From positions 1 to 36,564 of IMG/VR virus record IMGVR_UViG_3300030330_002743: 36,564 nt of DNA, one strand, 5' to 3'. The translations under genes were made by a program, and so were the position numbers. This document shows, piece after piece, positions 1 through 6,333 of the stretch (positions are counted from its first letter, which is position 1; every line of letters begins with the position of its first letter). The notes beneath the pieces are model-generated. The model was not told the origin of the DNA. It saw only the letters and a list, made by a program, of their open reading frames with translations, and did not search any database. The DNA is from a virus. Its lineage: Duplodnaviria; Caudoviricetes.

Positions 1-13
1 GTCCGAAATTACC
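1..13. repeat. 13-bp terminal direct repeat (left copy), putative cos cohesive end
   Basis: GTCCGAAATTACC at 1-13 is identical to 36552-36564. On circularisation it is flanked by GTG/CAC dyad symmetry and lies upstream of terS. Confidence 0.85.
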
Positions 14-200
14 CACAGCCGATTCGCAATAAAGGACCCTGATTCTCAATTGCAATAAGGTGGGGTCTGGGTTGATAATGATTCTCATTCTCATCTCATA
101 GTGAGAATGATTCTCATTCTCATCGCACTATTGCAAATGATTCTCAATTGCAACGGCTGAGACCCCCTGCGGTATTGCTATTGCGTCGCATTCTCAATAA
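14..200. promoter_or_regulatory. array 1 of Fur-family-box-like sites
   Basis: GATAATGATTCTCATTCTC at 74-92 matches the classical Fur box GATAATGATAATCATTATC at 16/19. Perfect 7-1-7 palindrome TGAGAATGATTCTCA at 102-116, TGCAAATGATTCTCA at 132-146, and degenerate copies near 21-28, 41-56 and 182-196. Confidence 0.65.
33..39 (-). promoter_or_regulatory. cosQ-like packaging termination signal
   Basis: The minus strand reads GGGTCCT(TT), identical to lambda cosQ, 19 nt before the terminal repeat. The phage has a GpA-type terminase. Confidence 0.65.
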
Positions 201-209
201 CAAAGGCAC

Positions 210-233
210 AAAAAAAACCGCCTCAATGGCGGT
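210..233 (-). terminator. rho-independent terminator of the left-end operon
   Basis: Minus strand: ACCGCC-ATTGA-GGCGGT stem-loop followed by a T run. Confidence 0.8.
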
Positions 234-396
234 CGGTGATGCTGACGCGGGATGGTGGCGGCCACCAATCGGGAGGATTCTCCCTTAGTCGCCGTTCTGA
301 TTCCATGTAAGCGGCCACAACCTCACGAAACAGTTGCGCGGTTGCATCATCGGGTGCATTAATCCACGCGGGGCAGTCTGGCGTTGGTTCATGCAT
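223..396 (-). CDS. hypothetical protein (57 aa, MHEPTPDCPAWINAPDD...)
   Basis: Not in the ORF track; translated by hand. The ATG overlaps the end of the upstream gene, is preceded by GAGGT, and the stop lies in the terminator loop. Confidence 0.55.
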   Translation of the reverse strand: MHEPTPDCPAWINAPDDATAQLFREVVAAYMESERRLRENPPDWWPPPSRVSITDRH

Positions 397-1099
397 GGCT
401 TACCTCTTGTAGTAGTTGATCGGCTTTCTTCTTACGCGTGCCGTGGGCGGTGAAGGCCACGATGACACGCTTGCCACGTTTGTGGCACAGCATGCACTGT
501 GAGCAGTCAGTCTCGCGGCGTTGCGCGGGGCAGACCATCACGAGATTGCGGTCAGGGGTGCGCCAGGTTGAGCGGGTCTCAGTGCTGGGGACGGTGATGG
601 TGGCTGGCAATCCTGCGGCAATGGCAGCATCAGCGGCGACCACTGATTCGGTGCTGACGTTAATGGTTAGGCCACTACGAAATGCACGGCGCAGCAGTTC
701 GGCGTTCTCACCCTTTGCCAGATCGTGATGCGTGTATGTCCATGCCTGAAGCTTGCGCCGCTTGATCACGTCAAGTAGCGCCACGAGATAACGCCGCGAG
801 ATCTTACCGGCTGAATGGGGCAGATCCCCTACCTGGTTAATTCTCAGGGGTGAGAAGACGGGCAACGTTGCCAGATCAGCGAGATGATCGCGCCAGCTCT
901 TGCCGCGCTCACCGTTGCTGACCTTATCCCAGTGGAGGGCAATGGGGCCAAGCATCCCGTAGCAGAAGTGACGAGCGCCACACGTTGGCGGGCAGGAGTT
1001 GCGCGACGTTGTTGTAACGGGGATTGGTCCCGTCTTTTTATTGCCTGAGACGCGGGATAAGTGAAACCGCGCTGAGGAGAGAGAGAGGGTCACGGTCAA
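389..1099 (-). CDS. Cys-rich phage protein (DUF7227/gp88-like; putative Fe-S, radical-SAM-like)
   Basis: Motifs SGNKKTGPIPVTT, CPPTCxxxxxCY, RINQVGD, WTYTH and CPAQ...CxxCxLC. Start probably TTG 1099 (overlapping the upstream TGA) or GTG 1093; the ORF track extends it to 1129. Confidence 0.7.
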   Translation of the reverse strand: MTVTLSLSSARFHLSRVSGNKKTGPIPVTTTSRNSCPPTCGARHFCYGMLGPIALHWDKVSNGERGKSWRDHLADLATLPVFSPLRINQVGDLPHSAGKISRRYLVALLDVIKRRKLQAWTYTHHDLAKGENAELLRRAFRSGLTINVSTESVVAADAAIAAGLPATITVPSTETRSTWRTPDRNLVMVCPAQRRETDCSQCMLCHKRGKRVIVAFTAHGTRKKKADQLLQEVSHA

Positions 1100-1311
1100 G
1101 AGATTTGGGGGTGTGGGGTTGGCTGCCAATCAATGGGGACAGGGATGCCCTGCGGCAGCCCGTACAGGATCCTGTACAGGGTGCGGCGACGTGCCAAGAC
1201 TTCACGGCGGGAGTCTTCCGCCCATAGCTTGCGCAGCAGTCGCTGACACTTCAGGATCTCGCGGGAGATGGTCGCGATCTGCTCAGGGCTAAGTTTTGGG
1301 TCTGGCGTCAT
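1096..1311 (-). CDS. hypothetical protein (MTPDPKLSPEQ...)
   Basis: ATG at 1311 overlaps the upstream stop (ATGA); basic helical protein within the operon. Confidence 0.6.
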   Translation of the reverse strand: MTPDPKLSPEQIATISREILKCQRLLRKLWAEDSRREVLARRRTLYRILYGLPQGIPVPIDWQPTPHPQIS

Positions 1312-1499
1312 GACAGGGTCATCCTGACGCGGTGGCGGGTGATGCCAAGACGGGCAGCGATGCGGCGCTGAGAATGCCCGCAACGGGTCAGCATGCGGAC
1401 GCGGCGATCCTGCGACATGGTCAGCAGATCAACCACGGCAACAATTGCGAGAAAAAAGAAGGCCACCTTGAAGATGGCCGCGATGGAGATGGAGATCAT
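1308..1499 (-). CDS. membrane-anchored helix-turn-helix protein
   Basis: N-terminal hydrophobic segment followed by an HTH-like GHSQRRIAARLGITRHRVR. Confidence 0.7.
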   Translation of the reverse strand: MISISIAAIFKVAFFFLAIVAVVDLLTMSQDRRVRMLTRCGHSQRRIAARLGITRHRVRMTLS

Positions 1500-1602
1500 T
1501 TAGGAAGTTTGGGGAGAGAGGGAGAGGGACCTGTCCAGCGGATTGGACGGGGTGGGAGTTGCTCACCGGGGAGCACGGGACGGGGACGGCGGAAGATGTT
1601 TG

Positions 1603-1749
1603 TCACTTGCACACCTTGGAGAATGCGGGAGCACGGTCTGCGCAATCAAGGAAGGCATGCTGCGCGGCGACATCAGCACCACAGAGAAGGAGAAGGCCTG
1701 CAAACCAATAGAAGAGAAGCCTGAGGTCGCGGCGAGCTGAGGTGGACAT
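1603..1749 (-). CDS. small membrane/secreted hypothetical protein (MSTSARRDLRLLFYWFAGLLLL...)
   Basis: ATG preceded by a CT-rich leader; one hydrophobic helix; first gene after the predicted promoter. Confidence 0.55.
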   Translation of the reverse strand: MSTSARRDLRLLFYWFAGLLLLCGADVAAQHAFLDCADRAPAFSKVCK

Positions 1750-1807
1750 AAAGGAGGAGAGAGAGAGAGAGAGAGAGGCGCACACTGTGGTAGGTGCGCT
1801 TGATAAG

Positions 1808-1836
1808 ACGATAGGACGTGAGGACGAAAAAAGCGA
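1808..1836 (-). promoter_or_regulatory. putative promoter of the left-end operon
   Basis: TCGCTT-N17-TATCGT. The spacer TTTCGTCCTCACGTCC resembles the spacer of the promoter at 7525-7552. Confidence 0.4.
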
Positions 1837-1993
1837 CCCTTTGAGCCGCAACTGGGGACAGTGCCCCGATTGTCCATAGGTGTCGCGTTGGTGGCCTCTT
1901 TATTGGCGCGGGACGCTGACGCGCACCGATGGCAGCGGCGACCATACAGAGACGCGGGGCGACCGATCCCGCGATTGTCACACCGTGTGCTTA

Positions 1994-2145
1994 TTGAGAT
2001 TGACTCTCAATTGCAACAACACGCCCCACCGGCTTATTGCAAATAATTCTCAATTGCGACAAGACTGAGAATGATTCTCATTCTCACCGTTGTTGCGAGC
2101 GATTCTCAATGTCAGGCTTATTGCGAATGATTCTCAATTGCAATA
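1994..2145. promoter_or_regulatory. array 2 of Fur-family-box-like sites
   Basis: 15-mers start at 1995 (TGAGATTGACTCTCA), 2038 (TGCAAATAATTCTCA), 2066 (TGAGAATGATTCTCA), 2094 (TGCGAGCGATTCTCA) and 2122 (TGCGAATGATTCTCA). The last four are exactly 28 bp apart. Confidence 0.65.
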
Positions 2146-2152
2146 GGCATGT

Positions 2153-2186
2153 AGTACATCTGTACCATATGTAGTACGTTTGTACT
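2153..2186. promoter_or_regulatory. two tandem cyanobacterial-type LexA (SOS) boxes
   Basis: AGTACATCTGTACC (2153-2166) and AGTACGTTTGTACT (2173-2186) both fit the cyanobacterial LexA consensus RGTACNNNDGTWCB. Confidence 0.65.
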
Positions 2187-2189
2187 ACC

Positions 2190-2295
2190 TAAACCGACCA
2201 CTTTCTGGTTCCGATATAAACCGAACCCTTGCAAGAACTGAGGTCATTATAAACCGATTGCCCGCAAGAACTTAAACCGATTGCTTGCAAGAACT
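2190..2295. repeat. 23-bp direct repeats TAAACCGA-N6-GCAAGAACT
   Basis: Full copies at 2217-2239, 2250-2272 and 2273-2295; partial TAAACCGA at 2190-2197. Confidence 0.8.
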
Positions 2296-3047
2296 CAGGC
2301 AGTTGCAATTGCTTTTCGCAATGCCTGCCCGAATGCCTTGTTCCAGTTCTTCTGCGCGAAGGCTGCGCCGATAGGGATGTAGGGAAACTTCTGCGGCAGG
2401 TTGCTCTGCCTTGTGATCCAGAACAGCGCAGAATCAATTTCCTGGCGTGCCATCTCGTCTTCTAGGTAAATGCCTGGGAAGTAGCGATTGCGAGAGGAGT
2501 TGAATGCTGCAGTTGTCCGTGCCTTGTACTGACGTGCAGCTCTCACGCGTTTGGCTTGGCGGCGATAGGTAAAGGCACTGCTGTCGCGGAATGCCTGCAG
2601 GCTGTACAGGATTTCGGTGTACTGCGATGGCATCACATTTCCATACTGGTTCCGCTTTAAGTAATCCGACTGGGTGGGGATAGCGATTTCTCCAGGGGCC
2701 AAAATCCCTTTAATGCGCAATGCCTTTTGGAAGCGTGTCAGGTAAGGCTTGCCGCCTTGAATCTGCGGGAGCAGGTACTTGCTTGTGGGGTTGCCCTTTG
2801 TTGCAAACTCCTTGAGGCCAACCTCAACGTACAGATTGCTTTTTGAGCTGGCTTTGATGTACATGCCATTCAATGTGAACGGCACAGGATTACGAAACCG
2901 CTGCTTCATCTCAGAGCGGTAGTTATCGCGAATGTCCTTTGCGAGGTTGTTTAGTGCAAGGGAACTGGCGAACGGGATCTGCACCTGCTTGATCGTGTCC
3001 ACCTTCTTCAGCATGTGGTTCACGTCAAAGGTGACAGGCTGCGCCAT
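2295..3047 (-). CDS. phage morphogenesis protein (tail completion/Neck1, HK97 gp10-like)
   Basis: QIPFASSLALNNLAK...F-x-x-P-x-PFTLN motif and basic C-terminus, typical of this family near cos in lambda-like phages. Confidence 0.6.
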   Translation of the reverse strand: MAQPVTFDVNHMLKKVDTIKQVQIPFASSLALNNLAKDIRDNYRSEMKQRFRNPVPFTLNGMYIKASSKSNLYVEVGLKEFATKGNPTSKYLLPQIQGGKPYLTRFQKALRIKGILAPGEIAIPTQSDYLKRNQYGNVMPSQYTEILYSLQAFRDSSAFTYRRQAKRVRAARQYKARTTAAFNSSRNRYFPGIYLEDEMARQEIDSALFWITRQSNLPQKFPYIPIGAAFAQKNWNKAFGQALRKAIATA

Positions 3048-3072
3048 CCCACTACCTCATATTGCACAGCAT

Positions 3073-3115
3073 AAAAAAAGAACCCCTACGCGGCTACAGC
3101 CAACGGCAGGGGCTC
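3073..3115 (-). terminator. putative terminator after rusA
   Basis: Imperfect GAACCCCT/AGGGGCTC stem next to an A7 run (T7 on the minus strand); long loop. Confidence 0.4.
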
Positions 3116-3136
3116 TCTCTCTCGTTCACAAGCATA

Positions 3137-3565
3137 CTACAGAGAGCTGACGGTGATGAGAGCACCAGGCGACTCAGTCCCGATCAGATACCGCTTGCTG
3201 CATTGCGTGCTGCAGACCAAGGAGTCATCTACGAGCAGCTTGTGCCCTGAGCAGTGCATGCCATCAAAAAGTGCCCGGAGAAGCTTGTCCAGATCCGGTT
3301 TGACGGCTGGGTAGATGCGCTTGACCGTCTTAGGACGCGGCAGGATGAACTCAACGCGCACATGCACTGGGCCAGTGAAAACATGATCAGTGGCATCGTG
3401 AGCGCCTTGTGCAATCTTTTGCCGCCAAGCCCTCAGCTCCTTGTGATTGGCGTCATAGACATTGCCCCAGCGTGAGACATTCTTGCTGCCTTGCGGCACA
3501 GGAATACCTTCCACAAAGAAAGTGACCTGCTCTAATTGCTCCTGCCTTTTAGATCCAGCCGTCAT
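3137..3565 (-). CDS. rusA: RusA-family Holliday junction resolvase
   Basis: GIPVPQGSK, KPDLDKLLRALFDGM and DDSLV signature motifs; start taken at the ATG after the upstream stop. Confidence 0.9.
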   Translation of the reverse strand: MTAGSKRQEQLEQVTFFVEGIPVPQGSKNVSRWGNVYDANHKELRAWRQKIAQGAHDATDHVFTGPVHVRVEFILPRPKTVKRIYPAVKPDLDKLLRALFDGMHCSGHKLLVDDSLVCSTQCSKRYLIGTESPGALITVSSL

Positions 3566-3570
3566 CACTG

Positions 3571-4305
3571 CTACCCGTAATAACGAAAATCTAGACCGCA
3601 AAGTGATCTTTGTTCTTTGCAGGATCTCCAGACGCTACTGACACTGACGTGATTAGCGTCAGCAGCTTTTCTCATTGACGGGTAGATGACGTTGTTGTTG
3701 ATGCAAACAACGCGTCGTTTGGGGTGACAAACAGTGGGTCTTTTAGGGTAATTTTTGGCGATGTGCTCGCAGAGCGCCTCGTCACCAAGGACGGAGAAAA
3801 GCCTGCTGTAGGGGATGCCGCCAAAGGACTGAGGGCGTTCACGAGCGAATCTAAGAACGTGTCGGTCACAGGTGTAGACCTTCTTTTTACGCCTCATCCT
3901 AGAAACGGTTTTAAGTCCGATCCGAGGCCATCTGATGACGGTGTGGGGGCTGATGCCCAGACGACGTGCCAGCAGTGATAAGCAGATGTACTCATAGAGG
4001 GATTCTTGGCGAAAGCCCAGCTTGTACAGCTTTTGTTCAATAGCATTTTGCGATCGCTTCTGATAGCCATTTGTGGTGGCCCATTGATTAAAGCGTTCAG
4101 CGACAAAAGAAAGCGGGCCAAAGTTGGCAACACATTTCAGCTCGTCTACCTCTGCTGCAGTCCACCAGAGTCGCTTCTTGCTTTTTCTGTTGAGACTGTT
4201 TTGACAGACGACTGAACAGGTGACGCGTTGTGATCTGCGATTTCTGGAGATGATGGGTGGGGTGAAAAGTTTGCCGCAAAAGCGGCAGCGGCGTCTACGT
4301 CCCAT
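3571..4305 (-). CDS. multi-domain DNA-binding protein (N-terminal Zn finger, HTH, C-terminal NUMOD1-like)
   Basis: CRFCGKLF...CSVVC; LARRLGISPHTVIRW; RVVCINNNVIYPSMRKAADANHVSVSSV. Confidence 0.65.
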   Translation of the reverse strand: MGRRRRCRFCGKLFTPPIISRNRRSQRVTCSVVCQNSLNRKSKKRLWWTAAEVDELKCVANFGPLSFVAERFNQWATTNGYQKRSQNAIEQKLYKLGFRQESLYEYICLSLLARRLGISPHTVIRWPRIGLKTVSRMRRKKKVYTCDRHVLRFARERPQSFGGIPYSRLFSVLGDEALCEHIAKNYPKRPTVCHPKRRVVCINNNVIYPSMRKAADANHVSVSSVWRSCKEQRSLCGLDFRYYG

Positions 4306-4345
4306 GCAGTGGGCGTTCTCCGTGCGTCCGGTTGTGAATGGTTGC

Positions 4346-4435
4346 GGACTAGGACAGGCTCACGCGCCTTACACCCCTCACACCTGATCCGCTGCAGGTC
4401 ACTTGTCCTTCGCCCGTTTCAGGGTGAAGAAGCCC
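4346..4435 (-). ncRNA. candidate structured RNA (multi-stem junction)
   Basis: Intergenic. Stems GGGCT/AGTCC, TTC-CCC/GGG-GAA capped by TGAAAC, GGACA/TGTCC, ACCTG/CAGGT and GGC/GCC. Confidence 0.45.
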
Positions 4436-4449
4436 AATGGTAGGGCAAA

Positions 4450-4821
4450 TCAGCGAACTGACCAGAAGGGCTTGCCTTGCTTTTGTTTAACGAGGCCAGT
4501 GGCTGCTGCCATGCTCTTGACCTCACGGAGGTTGTCTTCTGCAGCGACTACGTCTTCGCAGTGGCTGTAGTCGTAGGTGACTCTGCCAGGACAGAAGACG
4601 TAGCAGGTGTCTTCGTAGTAGAAGCTGTTTTTGTTTTCGGCGTCTTGCCAGAGGCGTAGATCACCTTGAGCCAAGGCTTGCGAGAGGCGGTTTTCTGCTT
4701 CCTTGATTTCGGCGTCAAGGACTCGGCGTTGAGCTTTGAGTTGCTTGAGGTCATTGAAGTAAGTGGCAGCCATGCGTTCGTAGATGGAGAGGCAGTCAAT
4801 TTCAGTTGTTGGAGATTTCAT
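4450..4821 (-). CDS. hypothetical protein (coiled-coil N-terminus)
   Basis: 123-aa ORF coupled to the upstream gene by an ATGA overlap. Confidence 0.75.
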   Translation of the reverse strand: MKSPTTEIDCLSIYERMAATYFNDLKQLKAQRRVLDAEIKEAENRLSQALAQGDLRLWQDAENKNSFYYEDTCYVFCPGRVTYDYSHCEDVVAAEDNLREVKSMAAATGLVKQKQGKPFWSVR

Positions 4822-5105
4822 TTTTGAGTTGATGGCAAGGTTTTTTCAGATCCCATAAAACGATTGGCTATTACGTTTGCAAGTGTTCTGGCTTGTATTT
4901 CAGTGTCAATATTCTTTTGAAGGCGAGCAGCCATAGAGTCAGGAAGTTTCCCTTCAGTTTCTTGTAGGTCTTTGATTGTATTTTCACGAAAACGTTCTGC
5001 GCATAGTGCTTGAGCTTTGCAGCAAGTTATTAAAAACATTGCTTCTTCATAGCTAAACGGCAATGACGCGTAAGTGAAATCCTCTTCAGGGGCTTTGCGG
5101 TCCAT
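4818..5105 (-). CDS. hypothetical protein
   Basis: 95-aa ATG ORF in operon orientation. Confidence 0.7.
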   Translation of the reverse strand: MDRKAPEEDFTYASLPFSYEEAMFLITCCKAQALCAERFRENTIKDLQETEGKLPDSMAARLQKNIDTEIQARTLANVIANRFMGSEKTLPSTQK

Positions 5106-5139
5106 AGGCTTGTGAGAGAGCCCTCAGATCCTATCGTCC

Positions 5140-5883
5140 TCACGCAGGCTGCGCAAGTTCATTGATCAACTGATACGCCTCACAACGACGAGCCCAGTGC
5201 TCCTCATGCTCCTTGAACTGCTTGTCGCTTGCAGCGACAGGATGTGGGGCCTTATCAGGGAAGGCGTAGAGCGCGATGAAGCGATCCACATGTATCCCGT
5301 AGTTCTCTTGCAGGCAGATCCTGTACGCCTGTAGCTGGCACATAGCCTCGTTGCTGATCTGCTTTGCAGGCTTGGCCTTGCCCTCAGCCTTCGTCTTCAG
5401 GTCAAACAGGACTATCTGCCCTGAGATCTTGAACAGGCCATCAAGCGTCCCTGCAAACGGCACATCACCTTCGTCACTGCAAACACGATGCTCCGTACAA
5501 ATGACATGATCCAGCTTTTTCCAGAGAGGCGAAGCTGCAAGTCGTACGCACCACGGAGCAATATCCTCAGGCACCTCAGGGTCATGACCGAGAATCCACT
5601 GCTCAAACCAGTCATGAATGCGCGAGCCGCGTCTCGCTGCTTCAAGGCGAGATACTTCTGGATCTTTGCCCTCTGCGAGTAACTTAGCTTTCCATTTTTT
5701 GAGCGCATATCGCGTTGCATCGCTCTGCGTAGCAGAAAGAATGCTCGTGACAGAGGCATACCTGATAGAAGGCTTCTGTTCGTTGAAATAGTACCGCTGC
5801 CGACCAGGGGGATTCCTCTGCAGTAGTGGCAACGGATCTAACGGCACATGACATGCGCAGTTAATGAGATCGTAGGTTCTCAC
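5140..5883 (-). CDS. PD-(D/E)XK exonuclease (phage recombination exonuclease)
   Basis: SVTSILS, RGSRIH, AGTLDG, DLKT and QLQAY motifs. Confidence 0.85.
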   Translation of the reverse strand: MRTYDLINCACHVPLDPLPLLQRNPPGRQRYYFNEQKPSIRYASVTSILSATQSDATRYALKKWKAKLLAEGKDPEVSRLEAARRGSRIHDWFEQWILGHDPEVPEDIAPWCVRLAASPLWKKLDHVICTEHRVCSDEGDVPFAGTLDGLFKISGQIVLFDLKTKAEGKAKPAKQISNEAMCQLQAYRICLQENYGIHVDRFIALYAFPDKAPHPVAASDKQFKEHEEHWARRCEAYQLINELAQPA

Positions 5884-6143
5884 CCTGTGAGTTCCTCCAA
5901 TATTTCTTTTAAAAACTTGAACATGTACCCAATTTCTAAGTCATACGCCAACTTCTGTTGCCAATAAGTTGTAAGCGGTATGACACGACCATCGCGTGTT
6001 TTTGGGAAATATGAAGGGATCTTCATAAGCTCCGCGCCAACCTTGTACTTATCAGGCGCTGGGGTTGTCTCCCAAAGGTTCAGCAGGCGTTCCGTCTGAA
6101 TTGCAAGCCAGATCTCCTTGTCTATCTGTCGTTCCTTGTTCAT
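5880..6143 (-). CDS. hypothetical protein
   Basis: 87-aa ORF with a GAG-type RBS; stop overlaps the exonuclease start. Confidence 0.65.
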   Translation of the reverse strand: MNKERQIDKEIWLAIQTERLLNLWETTPAPDKYKVGAELMKIPSYFPKTRDGRVIPLTTYWQQKLAYDLEIGYMFKFLKEILEELTG

Positions 6144-6333
6144 CTTGAGTCCTCAATAGGTTGACGTGTGGTTTGATCTTGAATGCCTTGTTCATGGGGT
6201 GTTTCGCCCAGACACGGCGGTTGTAAGCAGACGTTGGAGCTTCTTGATCTAAGTTCTCCAGCGTCCACAGGCCACTAGCTACCCCGCGCTGCAGTGTTTT
6301 GCGCACGGAAGCCAGATCAAATGCTTCATTCAT
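6052..6333 (-). CDS. hypothetical protein (MNEAFDLASVRKTLQRG...)
   Basis: ATG at 6333 overlaps the end of the upstream gene; the 3' end overlaps the next gene by ~90 nt. Confidence 0.6.
   Translation of the reverse strand: MNEAFDLASVRKTLQRGVASGLWTLENLDQEAPTSAYNRRVWAKHPMNKAFKIKPHVNLLRTQDEQGTTDRQGDLACNSDGTPAEPLGDNPSA

Noticed and set aside
1754-1776. (GA)n microsatellite as a phase-variation switch
   Set aside because: It lies in an untranslated leader, so length change would not shift a frame; similar CT tracts precede other starts.
2151-2188. NtcA boxes (GTA-N8-TAC)
   Set aside because: The GTA..TAC spacings present are N6, N9 or N12, not N8; the LexA consensus fits exactly.
1994-2295. CRISPR array or mini-array
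   Set aside because: Repeats are degenerate, spacers are only 0-13 bp for most units, and there are no cas genes; the pattern fits protein-binding sites.
5140-5883. Cas4 / CRISPR-associated nuclease
   Set aside because: It lacks the Cas4 four-Cys arrangement with a C-terminal cluster; context (annealase, RusA) indicates a recombination exonuclease.
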